Below are positions 28,756 through 37,413 of a stretch of DNA of 37,605 nt, one piece after another. The translations under genes and the position numbers were made by a program. This DNA comes from a virus. Location: the UHGV virus genome UHGV-0180039; one strand, 5' to 3'. Each line of letters begins with the position of its first letter. The first letter of the stretch is position 1. Below the pieces are notes generated by a model. It worked only from the letters and a program-made list of their open reading frames with translations, was not told the DNA's origin and did no database searches.

Positions 28756-29055
28756 ATGACAGTAGTCATTACATATCTGGCTGACGATAACGCCAGAAAT
28801 CGCCGCAGAGCACGCAGACAGGCTCAACGTGAACAGGCAATGCAAGAGCAGCGACTGGCGCGAAAAATTGCGCTAAAGCTCTCTGGTTGCGTCAGAGCAG
28901 ATAAAGCAGCATCACTCGGAAGCCTTTGCTGCAAGAAGGCAGATGAAGTCGAGCGTAAACAGAACCGTATTTACTACCGCAAGCCACGCAGTGAAATGGG
29001 TGTGACTTGTGTTGGTCGCCAGAAAATGAAATTAGGCAGCAAACCACTTATTTGA
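28756..29055 (+). CDS. N: Antiterminator N (phage 21/lambda-like C-terminus, distinct arginine-rich N-terminus)
   Basis: 99 aa; arginine-rich motif DDNARNRRRARRQAQREQ at the N-terminus; C-terminal ...RKIALKLSGCVRADKAASLGSL.CKKADEVERKQNRIYY.KPRSEMGVTCVGRQKMKLGSKPLI resembles phage 21 N from memory; SD GGAGG upstream. Confidence 0.85.
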   Translation: MTVVITYLADDNARNRRRARRQAQREQAMQEQRLARKIALKLSGCVRADKAASLGSLCCKKADEVERKQNRIYYRKPRSEMGVTCVGRQKMKLGSKPLI

Positions 29056-29063
29056 GGTGAGAT

Positions 29064-29534
29064 ATGACAAAATCATGGAGCGTACCTTTTCCTGAATCAG
29101 AAACTGAACATGATGGAATGCCTGTTTTCTGGAGATTCCAAGCGACAGTTGAAGAAGATGGAATCAAAATATTCGCACTTCAATATATAGCTTTTCATCA
29201 GACAGAGCATTATGCATGGTTGGTTCCTGCGCATTGGATTGTTAATTTTAAACCAGCACCAAATCAGTGGTTACAGGAATGGAAACAAAGGAGAAATAGA
29301 TATGCAATTAAGAAAGTAGCAAAAAATGCAGAAAGATCTTTTGCATTCCCAACGAAGAAACTTGCCATTGAGAGTTTATTGCGCCGGAAGAAATACCATT
29401 TAATGAGAATCAAACAAGATTTGGCTGTTGTATCAACTCTTGTTGATGGGATGAAGAATATTGATACATCAACACCAGATATTGAATATAACTTTGGGCA
29501 CAACCAAGAAACAGAAAATTGGGTATTTTATTAG
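29064..29534 (+). CDS. Hypothetical 156-aa protein; first gene of an AT-rich moron downstream of N
   Basis: ATG with SD GAGGTGA; visibly AT-rich codon usage; no family recognised. Confidence 0.5.
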   Translation: MTKSWSVPFPESETEHDGMPVFWRFQATVEEDGIKIFALQYIAFHQTEHYAWLVPAHWIVNFKPAPNQWLQEWKQRRNRYAIKKVAKNAERSFAFPTKKLAIESLLRRKKYHLMRIKQDLAVVSTLVDGMKNIDTSTPDIEYNFGHNQETENWVFY

Positions 29535-29638
29535 TACGAGTAAGCACTGTGTATTCATTCCAACGAGTGAATACACGGAGCAATGTCGCTCGTAACTAAA
29601 CAGGAGCCGACTTGTTCTGATTATTGGAAATCTTCTTT

Positions 29639-29664
29639 GCCCTCCAGTGTGAGGGCGATTTTTT
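29639..29664 (+). terminator. Intrinsic terminator between the two moron genes
   Basis: GCCCTC-CAGTGT-GAGGGC followed by GATTTTTTAT. Confidence 0.65.
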
Positions 29665-29684
29665 ATCTATGAGGATATGAACAG

Positions 29685-30053
29685 ATGTCAAACATCAAAA
29701 AATATATCATTGATTACGACTGGAAAGCATCAATAGAAATTGAAATCGACCATGACGTAATGACAGAGGAAAAACTTCACCAGATTAATAATTTCTGGTC
29801 AGACTCTGAATGCCGACTCAATAAACACGGCTCTGTATTAAATGCTGTATTAATCATGCTGTCGCAACATGCTCTGCTTATAGCAATTTCAAAAGACCTA
29901 AATGCATATGGTGTTGTTTGTGAGTTCGACTGGAATGATGGAAATGGTCAGGAAGGATGGCCTCCAATGGATGGTAGCGAAGGAATAAGAATTACCGATA
30001 TCGATACATCAGGAATATTTGATCCAGATGATATGACTATCAAAGCCGCCTGA
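29685..30053 (+). CDS. Hypothetical acidic 122-aa protein; second moron gene
   Basis: ATG with SD GAGGA; Asp/Glu-rich; no family recognised. Confidence 0.5.
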   Translation: MSNIKKYIIDYDWKASIEIEIDHDVMTEEKLHQINNFWSDSECRLNKHGSVLNAVLIMLSQHALLIAISKDLNAYGVVCEFDWNDGNGQEGWPPMDGSEGIRITDIDTSGIFDPDDMTIKAA

Positions 30054-30146
30054 GCGCGGCTTTACCGCATACCAATAATGCTTCACGAGAGGTGTTTATT
30101 CATGAGCGTAAACGCTGATTAATGAACGCAGTTGATAGGATATAAA

Positions 30147-30659
30147 ATGGCATTTATAAAGATTCTTGAATTAATTTCCCTAAGTGAGATTAATAATGTT
30201 GTCAAATATAACCCTATTTCTGGTGAGTTCACATGGCTAAAATCTTATGGAGCAAGGAAGATAGGTGGAACTGCCGGAACAATAACAACAAGCGGCTACT
30301 TAAGGATTTTCATTAACGGAAGACACTATGCTGCACATAGACTTGCATGGATTATCACTTTCGGTGTTGAGCCTGAAGGTATTATCGACCATATAAATGG
30401 CATAAAGACAGATAACAGAATTTGCAATCTGAGGCTTGCAACTTACTCACAGAATTCAATGAATAGTAAAATAAACACCCTCAACAAATCAGGTTGCAAA
30501 GGAGTCACATGGAAGAAGGAAAGTAGAAAGTGGGCTGCCTATGGGAAATTAAACGGGAAGAAAAAACATCTAGGGTACTTTAATGAATTAGAAGATGCCA
30601 AAAAAGCTTACTGCGACTTTGCCAGAAAGCATCACGGCGAATTCTACAGGAGCAAATAA
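30147..30659 (+). CDS. HNH homing endonuclease (HNH_3-type motif plus AP2-like DNA-binding domain)
   Basis: Motifs HRLAWIITFG...IDHINGIKTDNRICNLRL and AP2-like GVTWKKESRKWAAYGKLNGKKKHLGYFNELEDAKKAY. Track start 30132 is TTG; ATG at 30147 with an AGGA SD is more likely. Confidence 0.8.
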   Translation: MAFIKILELISLSEINNVVKYNPISGEFTWLKSYGARKIGGTAGTITTSGYLRIFINGRHYAAHRLAWIITFGVEPEGIIDHINGIKTDNRICNLRLATYSQNSMNSKINTLNKSGCKGVTWKKESRKWAAYGKLNGKKKHLGYFNELEDAKKAYCDFARKHHGEFYRSK

Positions 30660-30793
30660 TGAATGAATATATTTTAGCTGGTAGCGGCGTCATGTCCGCT
30701 TTCTACCCGCACGAATCTGAATTATCACGCCGAGTTAAACAATTAATCAGAGCAGCAAAGAAACAACTGGAGGCGTTATGCGCAATGAAATAG
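30659..30793 (+). CDS. Possible 44-aa micro-protein
   Basis: ATG overlaps the HNH stop (TAATG); low confidence. Confidence 0.25.
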   Translation: MNEYILAGSGVMSAFYPHESELSRRVKQLIRAAKKQLEALCAMK

Positions 30794-30930
30794 CCATCAA
30801 TCACCAGATGCTTCGTGCGGCACAAAACAAAGCAGTAATAGCCAGATTTATTGGTGATTCCAAAATGTGGCTTGAAGCAAATAAAGCGATGAAATCAGCT
30901 ATCAACCTTCCGTGGTATCGCAGGAAATGA
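30778..30930 (+). CDS. Possible 50-aa micro-protein
   Basis: ATG preceded by GGAGG; MRNEIAINHQMLRAAQNKAVIARFIGDSKMWLEANKAMKSAINLPWYRRK. Confidence 0.3.
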   Translation: MRNEIAINHQMLRAAQNKAVIARFIGDSKMWLEANKAMKSAINLPWYRRK

Positions 30931-31011
30931 GTTTTACAGATAACTGGTCAGACGAAGAATTCATTCGTCAGATGAACAAAATGCTCAATCAGCACAAAGA
31001 ACAGGAGAAAG

Positions 31012-31323
31012 ATGATGATTCTGACTCTGAATGATAAGCGTGAAATATCGCAAATAATCGCAAGTTTTACCGATGATGATTACGAACGAATCAACAGTGA
31101 AGTTGATCGTCTCTGCAAACGTTGCGACCCAATAAGCGAAATGCTTCGCTCATATAAACCAGATGAACACACTAAGGACGCTATCGACTGGCTGGAAGAT
31201 GATGACTGTAACTATCAGGAAAAAGCCGCTGAATGGTTCTGGGATGCAATAACCGAAAGAGTTAAGGCTGAATATGCCTTCGCAATATTCAAACGCAGAC
31301 ACATTTATGGAGAAGCAGCATGA
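31012..31323 (+). CDS. Hypothetical 103-aa protein
   Basis: ATG with AGGAG SD; its stop overlaps the recT start. Confidence 0.45.
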   Translation: MMILTLNDKREISQIIASFTDDDYERINSEVDRLCKRCDPISEMLRSYKPDEHTKDAIDWLEDDDCNYQEKAAEWFWDAITERVKAEYAFAIFKRRHIYGEAA

Positions 31324-32231
31324 GCAATATCGTTGAATTCGTTAAACAGCAAGAGCAGTTATTCTGCGGAGCATTGACTGAACAGACGGTGACATGGGCT
31401 AAGGAAAGCCAGTTTGCAATTCAGTATTTCCAGAAAAACGATTACCTGGCTAAAACAGCACTGGCAAATCCAACCAGCGCACAGAACGCCATCATCAACG
31501 TTGCGGCGATCGGCATCACCTTAAACCCTGCAAGCAAACTGGCTTATCTAGTTCCGCGCGATGGCATGGTTTGCCTTGATATCAGCTATATGGGATTGCT
31601 TCATATTGCAATGGAGTCTGGTGTTATCTCATGGGGTCAGGCAAAACTTGTTCATGCTAACGATACCTATGAGTCAAACGGGCTTGATAAAGCACCAACC
31701 CATAAATACAACGCCTTCGGTGATCGTGGTGATATCGTTGGCGTTTACTGCACAGTTAAGACGCCGGCAGGTGATTATCTAACGGAAGAGATGAGTCTGG
31801 CTGAAATTGAGGCTGTAAGGAAAACAAGCAAGGCGGCATTCAGCGATAAAGGACCATGGGTAAATCACTGGAATGAGATGGCGCGAAAGACGGTCGTAAA
31901 GCGTGCAAGCAAGTATTGGCCTAAGGCATCACGTCTTGATAGTGCTATTCACGTACTAAACGAAGAAGAAGGTGTGTGGACTGAACCAGTTATGCCGCAC
32001 AAATCAGAGGAAGATATCCGCGAAGATGAACGGAAACGCCAGCAGGAAATAATGGATAAAGCACAACTTCTTTGCGATGAAATGGCTCAGGCAGAAAACA
32101 TGGACGATTTGAAGCGATATTTTGCAGAAGCATATCGCCTGACATCTGGAATGAAATTGCAGCAGAACGTACAAGCCATTTACGCAGAATGCAAAGCGAA
32201 ACTGGAGGTTGCCAGTGAGCAAACTATATGA
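31320..32231 (+). CDS. recT: RecT-family single-strand annealing recombinase
   Basis: 303 aa; conserved GPWVNHWNEMARKTVVKR block matches the RecT signature (GPWVTHWEEMAKKT in Rac RecT, recalled). Confidence 0.85.
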   Translation: MSNIVEFVKQQEQLFCGALTEQTVTWAKESQFAIQYFQKNDYLAKTALANPTSAQNAIINVAAIGITLNPASKLAYLVPRDGMVCLDISYMGLLHIAMESGVISWGQAKLVHANDTYESNGLDKAPTHKYNAFGDRGDIVGVYCTVKTPAGDYLTEEMSLAEIEAVRKTSKAAFSDKGPWVNHWNEMARKTVVKRASKYWPKASRLDSAIHVLNEEEGVWTEPVMPHKSEEDIREDERKRQQEIMDKAQLLCDEMAQAENMDDLKRYFAEAYRLTSGMKLQQNVQAIYAECKAKLEVASEQTI

Positions 32232-32697
32232 AATTGCCAATGAATACGCAAAATTGATGGATTCAGATTTAGAACCAGAGATGATTGCTGACACAATAGA
32301 AGGCATGGAAGGAGAATTTACCGATAAAATAGAGCAACTTCTTTCCATTATTAAAAATGAATCTGGTTATGCCGAACGCCTCAAGGAAGAGGCAAAGTCA
32401 CTGAATGAGCGAGCCGCAGTAATTCAAAATAAGATTGACAGCATCAAATCATATATAGCGTCATCGCTTGAAATGGTTGGCAAGAAAAATATTCGAGCAG
32501 GTATTCACCAGGTAACAATCCGCAAACCGTCAGAAACTGTAGAAATCATCGACTCAAGCGCCCTTCCTCCTGAATACGTTGAGTTTGAAACGACAATTAA
32601 AGCCGACAAACTGGCAATCAAACACCAACTAAAAGCAGGAATAAATATCCCCGGCGCTCAACTCAAAGTTGGGAAACCTTCACTTCTTATCAAATAA
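32215..32697 (+). CDS. Gp157-family protein (recombinase-associated)
   Basis: Track start 32209 is TTG; GTG at 32215 has GGAGG 6 nt upstream; KLYEIANEYAKL N-terminus fits Gp157-type proteins usually found beside RecT/Erf genes. Confidence 0.55.
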   Translation: MSKLYEIANEYAKLMDSDLEPEMIADTIEGMEGEFTDKIEQLLSIIKNESGYAERLKEEAKSLNERAAVIQNKIDSIKSYIASSLEMVGKKNIRAGIHQVTIRKPSETVEIIDSSALPPEYVEFETTIKADKLAIKHQLKAGINIPGAQLKVGKPSLLIK

Positions 32698-32708
32698 CGG
32701 TATCGCCT

Positions 32709-33023
32709 ATGAAAAAGACTCCATGGGAGAAATGGGAAGTCGATTTCTTGCGCGAAGTAGCGGCGACAATGCCAGTTGAAGTTATCGCTGAAAAACTGGA
32801 AAGGACTGAAAAAGCAGTAATGGCGAAAGCAACAAGGATTGGCGCTGACATTGTTAGCCGACTTCGTGGAAGACGCTGGACAAGAGCCGAAGTATCACTT
32901 TTCGGTAAGTTCTCCGCAGAAGAAATAGCAATTGCAACCTGCCGCTCAATTTATTCAGTAAGAGCTATGCGATACAAGCTAAAAAAACTCGATGAAGAAA
33001 GAGAAGGCATACGAATAAATTAA
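32709..33023 (+). CDS. Hypothetical 104-aa protein
   Basis: ORF with ATG start in the ea region; no family recognised. Confidence 0.45.
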   Translation: MKKTPWEKWEVDFLREVAATMPVEVIAEKLERTEKAVMAKATRIGADIVSRLRGRRWTRAEVSLFGKFSAEEIAIATCRSIYSVRAMRYKLKKLDEEREGIRIN

Positions 33024-33039
33024 CAAAGAGGAATTAATC

Positions 33040-33207
33040 ATGAGAGGTCTTGCATACAATCCCGGCATTCTTCCGGCAGAAATGATTATTCGCCAACGCG
33101 TAAAGACAATGCCATCGAGAGAAGAATTGCTTAAGAGAAAGAGTTTCGGTTCTGTTAATGACAACAAATATCTGAATGCGATGTGGCGCAAAGGAGGCAA
33201 CCAGTGA
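33040..33207 (+). CDS. Possible 55-aa protein
   Basis: ATG with SD AAAGAGGAA; overlaps the start of the next ORF. Confidence 0.3.
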   Translation: MRGLAYNPGILPAEMIIRQRVKTMPSREELLKRKSFGSVNDNKYLNAMWRKGGNQ

Positions 33208-33977
33208 GCAAGATTGATTATCAGGCACTGCGTGCTAAGGCAGAAAAAGCAACGTGTGGTGTATGGTCGCTCGAATATGGAGAGAGCCGATTTGATGGTG
33301 ATGATGCGCTAATTCATCGTGAAGTTGCTGGATATATTCCCATTTGCAGAATTGAAGGAGCGCATCCAGAAAGCGGTTTCGATGAAGATTTCCAAATGGA
33401 ACAGCAGGCCAATGCTGAATTCATCGCAGCAGCCAGTCCAACTACCGTACTGGCACTGCTGGATGAACGGGAAAGAAACCAGCAATACATAAAACGCCGC
33501 GACCAGGAGAACGAGGAGATTGCGCTAACGGTAGGGAAGCTGCGTGTTGAGCTGGAAGCAACAGAGAACAACCTTATTGATAGTGAATGCCATGTTGCTG
33601 AACTGGAAGAAGCGCTACGCGATAAGCAGGTGTTACTTGAAGCCTCAGAAAAGCGCAACGCAAAATTACAAAGCGAGAATGCATACATCCGCAACCGGTT
33701 CAAAGAACTGGACCTGTTAATCGGGAAAAACATTCTGGTCATGCAGGCTGCCATTATCGAATGGCAGGCAACTGGCGACGCTAAGAGCGGACTGGCATGG
33801 ATTTATAACACACTGTTTGGCCCAGGCGAATTGCCGGACGAATCTGAGCAAGATGCTCAGGCCTACTTTAATCGCAAATATGCACCGATTGACGAAAAGC
33901 TTATGGCGCTTCACAAGTGGTTTTGGGAACAAAGTGAAGCCGAGCGCGCCGCTGGCATCAAGGAGGAGTCTGAGTGA
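33183..33977 (+). CDS. Ead/Ea22-like protein
   Basis: GTG start; N-terminus [25 protein letters not shown] is characteristic of Ead/Ea22-like prophage proteins; coiled-coil middle. Confidence 0.6.
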   Translation: MAQRRQPVSKIDYQALRAKAEKATCGVWSLEYGESRFDGDDALIHREVAGYIPICRIEGAHPESGFDEDFQMEQQANAEFIAAASPTTVLALLDERERNQQYIKRRDQENEEIALTVGKLRVELEATENNLIDSECHVAELEEALRDKQVLLEASEKRNAKLQSENAYIRNRFKELDLLIGKNILVMQAAIIEWQATGDAKSGLAWIYNTLFGPGELPDESEQDAQAYFNRKYAPIDEKLMALHKWFWEQSEAERAAGIKEESE

Positions 33978-34468
33978 TGGTCATTTCACCTATAACGCTG
34001 AAAGCGGCGCAGGAATTTATCGCACAGCACCACCGACACAATAAACCACCAGTGGGGCATAAATTCAGCATTGGTCTGAGAAATAATGCCGGAGAATTGA
34101 TAGGTGTGGCGACAGCTGGTCGACCTGTTGCACGACATTTCGACGATGGATTAACGCTTGAAGTAAATCGCACATGTACCACAGGAGAACGCAACGCTAA
34201 CAGCGCGCTTTATGGTGCTATCTGGCGGGCAGCAAAAGCTATGGGTTATCAACGTTGTATTACGTACACCCAGGCAGATGAATCAGGAGCATCTCTTCGC
34301 GCAGCTGGTTTTGTTCGTGTGAAAGAGCTTCCTCCAAGAAAAAGCTGGGCGGAATCAAGCGTCGCCCTGCGGAGTAAACGCGATCCGGTCGGAAACGGTG
34401 GTATTCCTCGTGTGCTCTGGGAAATCAGGAGAATGAGTACCACTGGCATTCGCATCAAAGGAGAGTGA
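33974..34468 (+). CDS. Hypothetical 164-aa protein
   Basis: ORF overlapping the Ea22-like stop; no family confidently recognised. Confidence 0.45.
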   Translation: MMVISPITLKAAQEFIAQHHRHNKPPVGHKFSIGLRNNAGELIGVATAGRPVARHFDDGLTLEVNRTCTTGERNANSALYGAIWRAAKAMGYQRCITYTQADESGASLRAAGFVRVKELPPRKSWAESSVALRSKRDPVGNGGIPRVLWEIRRMSTTGIRIKGE

Positions 34469-34469
34469 T

Positions 34470-34757
34470 ATGGCAACTTTGCAGGAATTAATCGACCTGA
34501 CGCCAGAACAGGAAAAAGCGTGGAATCGCCTTGTGAAGGCTGTAAAGGATTTCAGGGCAGCCGGAGGAAAGTTTTATAGCGTCCTGGACACGCTGAGCGC
34601 ATACAACGGCGAGCACGTTGCCAGCATTGATAACGATAAGGGCTACCACACTGCAAGCGTCTATATGCCTAGCATTGATGCGCCAGGGCTAACCAGTTGG
34701 GCTGATGATTGGCACGGCATCACGCTGAAAGATGGCGTTGAAGTGGATGAGGACTAA
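34470..34757 (+). CDS. Hypothetical 95-aa protein
   Basis: Tightly packed ORF in the ea operon. Confidence 0.45.
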   Translation: MATLQELIDLTPEQEKAWNRLVKAVKDFRAAGGKFYSVLDTLSAYNGEHVASIDNDKGYHTASVYMPSIDAPGLTSWADDWHGITLKDGVEVDED

Positions 34758-34760
34758 CAC

Positions 34761-35600
34761 ATGACAACTTTCACCGACAAAAAACTGATTAAAGAAATCA
34801 AAGAACGAATCAGCAGCCTAGAGGTTCGAGACGATATTGAGCGCCGTGCTTATGAAATTGCTCTGGCATCGCTGGAAGCAGAGCCTGTTCTGTATCAGTC
34901 CTGCACTCGCCCCACCTGGAATAGCGGTGTTCCGTGGACGGAATGGAAAGAACGAAGTCGTGAGTGCTACGAAGACGATTTGCGCTTTACAGACACGCCT
35001 GACCATGCCGGTTGGATATACAAATGTCGAAAACTATATACCAATCCGCCAGCGCCGATAGCGTTGGAGGCTATTGAAAATGCAATTGAATACATTCGCA
35101 GTATCGCTTTTCACATAGATGAAGACGATTACCACGGCAAACATATTGCGTATTTCATGCGACAAGCATTGGCCTGGCTGGAAGGGTATTCATGCAGCGA
35201 CGACAGACTGGGTAAAGCCGAGAATCAAACAGTACACGGCAACCAGGCAGCCGAATCCAATCGCGGTAATGAGTGGACCGGCAATCCTGATATTGATAAC
35301 GCCATCATCATGCTCGGCATAGATACGGCGGAAAGTTACGATGATGACCGTATTGAGGCTGTTAAGGCTGTTTTGCGTAGACTGGCTGGCAACTCTCCGG
35401 TAACTCCGGATAGTTGGATAAGCTGTAGTGAGCGAATGCCGAACGACGCGCAGTGGTGCGTAGTTGACGCCGCAGACGCGTATTACGTGCAATGCTGGTC
35501 TGAAGGTCAAGGATGGCTTGGAGATGACATCAGCCTACGTAATTGCGATGTAATCAGATGGATGGCGATTCCTGAACCACCGCAGCAGGATGGTGAATGA
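34761..35600 (+). CDS. DUF551-like C-terminal domain protein
   Basis: 279 aa; C-terminal segment WISCSERMPNDAQWCVVDAADAYYVQCW...WMAIPEPP fits the DUF551 pattern (W..C.E.LP) from memory. Confidence 0.5.
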   Translation: MTTFTDKKLIKEIKERISSLEVRDDIERRAYEIALASLEAEPVLYQSCTRPTWNSGVPWTEWKERSRECYEDDLRFTDTPDHAGWIYKCRKLYTNPPAPIALEAIENAIEYIRSIAFHIDEDDYHGKHIAYFMRQALAWLEGYSCSDDRLGKAENQTVHGNQAAESNRGNEWTGNPDIDNAIIMLGIDTAESYDDDRIEAVKAVLRRLAGNSPVTPDSWISCSERMPNDAQWCVVDAADAYYVQCWSEGQGWLGDDISLRNCDVIRWMAIPEPPQQDGE

Positions 35601-35757
35601 TGCCGCCAGTTAAAGTTGTGATTATCACTTTGGTGATGATAGTGATTGCGAGAATCATGTCTGGTGAAATTGGGTGGATATGGTAATGGCTAAGGTAGCA
35701 GCAGAGCTCAACTAACAATCCTCGCACTCGCGGGGATTTATTTTATATGGGGATAAT

Positions 35758-36558
35758 ATGACCATCCACTTTCACGGCAGCCCAATATGGGGGGATGAGC
35801 ATGCCCCTACAGATATGCTGATTAAAGCCCTTTACCGTGATGGTGGGGCTTTTGTTTCATTTGCCAGACCAGAGCAGATGAAAAAGATTGCCATGTTCCC
35901 TTGTGATATACGCCTTGATAACGGCGCTTTTAGCGACTGGATGAAAGCATTAAAGAAAGGCACTCCGGTAGACTGGAGTAAGAGACGAGCAAAATTCTAC
36001 GACTTTGTTGGGAAGTGGTTCAGCAGAATTGAATGGTTTCTTATACCTGACGTTATCGAAGGGACAGAGGCAGAAAACGACGAGCAGATTGAGTTGGTTC
36101 CTGATTGGCTAAAATCAAAAGCGGTTCCGGTCTGGCATACCGACGAATCAATTGAACGTCTTTTACGCCTTTCTGGAAAATTTGAATGGGTGGCGATTGG
36201 ATGCTGCGGCCCACACAGGCACATACGCTCTAAATGGTGGGAACAGAGAATGGATGAAGTTTTTACTGAGATTTATATCAATCGTAATTTGAAAGTGAAA
36301 ATTCATGGTCTTCGAATGCTCGACGTGAGAGTTCTTGGTATGTATCCGTTCGCCAGTGCGGATTCTACTAATGTTGCTGTTAACGTACCGAAGACAGAGA
36401 AGCGATTTCCTGAGATTACCGACAAACTGGCACGTACAGCTGTACTTCGCGCTGCTATTGAAAAGGTGCATCCGCCATCGATATCAGCATGGGTAGACAG
36501 AAAGATGAGAGAGCCGGCGCAAGCCGGTTTTTTATTTGAATTCACCGACGCCGCTTAA
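35758..36558 (+). CDS. Hypothetical 266-aa protein (unassigned, enzyme-sized)
   Basis: ATG start; followed by a weak hairpin plus T-rich tract; no family confidently recognised. Confidence 0.5.
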   Translation: MTIHFHGSPIWGDEHAPTDMLIKALYRDGGAFVSFARPEQMKKIAMFPCDIRLDNGAFSDWMKALKKGTPVDWSKRRAKFYDFVGKWFSRIEWFLIPDVIEGTEAENDEQIELVPDWLKSKAVPVWHTDESIERLLRLSGKFEWVAIGCCGPHRHIRSKWWEQRMDEVFTEIYINRNLKVKIHGLRMLDVRVLGMYPFASADSTNVAVNVPKTEKRFPEITDKLARTAVLRAAIEKVHPPSISAWVDRKMREPAQAGFLFEFTDAA

Positions 36559-36602
36559 TGCGGATTTCTTTTATCTGAACTCGCTACGGCGGGTTTTGTT
36601 TT

Positions 36603-36914
36603 ATGGAGATGATTATGGCCTGTTCAACATTCAACCATCTAACGTTACAGAAATACCAGCCAGACCCTGAAGATTTATGCTCACTGTGTGGCGGAAATCA
36701 TGGTAAAGCCGCCATGATCGAATGTAAGGACAAAATCCACATTTGCCTTAATTGCGTTGATGTCCTCGTTGATATCAAAAATGAGAGAGAAGATAAAAAG
36801 CGTAGCGAGGCTATTCGCGCATTAGATTCATGGATGCGAGATGGGTATAGTGCTGCGCAAATTTATGACTTCGCAATATCAAAAGGCGAAATACCAGGAG
36901 TGCGCATCGAATAA
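36603..36914 (+). CDS. Small Cys-rich (zinc-ribbon-like) protein
   Basis: CSLCGG...HICLNCVD; ATG at 36615 (GGAG upstream) may be the true start. Confidence 0.45.
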   Translation: MEMIMACSTFNHLTLQKYQPDPEDLCSLCGGNHGKAAMIECKDKIHICLNCVDVLVDIKNEREDKKRSEAIRALDSWMRDGYSAAQIYDFAISKGEIPGVRIE

Positions 36915-36956
36915 GACGTAACCAATATTCGAATTGAAGAACTGAAAGAACACCAA

Positions 36957-36978
36957 GCCGCCTGATGGCGGTTTTTTA
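36957..36978 (+). terminator. Intrinsic terminator
   Basis: GCCGCC-TGAT-GGCGG followed by TTTTTTATT. Confidence 0.55.
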
Positions 36979-36991
36979 TTGGAGACAAGAA

Positions 36992-37336
36992 ATGTCAGAT
37001 TTGGCTATGAAGGTTTTGAAATGGCAATCGACTGGCGATGTCGGCATCAGTAGCGCAACTCTTGCCTCAATCGCATGTGGCCTGAAAAAGAATATCTATG
37101 GTCATCACTTCGGCGCTCCACATGACGCAGCAGATTTCCGACGATGCGTTGCACTTGTTGAGCAGATTCCAGAAATCAGAGATTCATTCGACAAGGTTGC
37201 AAAGCGCGTTCCGGCATTCAAAGGAATCCTCAACGAATGGGATTCACTCGTTGCTCTGTTGAAGTCTGAAATGAAGATACACGGAAACAAAGCACCAGAG
37301 ACTTACAGAAGAATCAGCGAGCTACGCAAGGACTAA
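36992..37336 (+). CDS. Hypothetical 114-aa protein
   Basis: Track ORF starts at 36965 inside the terminator hairpin; in-frame ATG at 36992 with GGAGA SD is more plausible. Confidence 0.45.
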   Translation: MSDLAMKVLKWQSTGDVGISSATLASIACGLKKNIYGHHFGAPHDAADFRRCVALVEQIPEIRDSFDKVAKRVPAFKGILNEWDSLVALLKSEMKIHGNKAPETYRRISELRKD

Positions 37337-37373
37337 CGCCTCACACTCGATGAGGCCTGTACATATCTGATAG

Positions 37374-37398
37374 AGCCGCTATATGGCGGTTTCTTTTT
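37374..37398 (+). terminator. Intrinsic terminator
   Basis: AGCCGC-TATATG-GCGGT followed by TTCTTTTT; an extra hairpin (GCCTCA/TGAGGC) lies just upstream. Confidence 0.5.
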
Positions 37399-37413
37399 GC
37401 CTGGAGAATTAAG

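Noticed and set aside
35758-36558. Idea that the 266-aa protein is a tRNA-guanine transglycosylase-like (DpdA-type) DNA-modification enzyme
   Set aside because: Resemblance is limited to a short D-x-G-x-F stretch (LDNGAF) and no CxCxxC...H zinc-site pattern is present; left unassigned pending a profile search.
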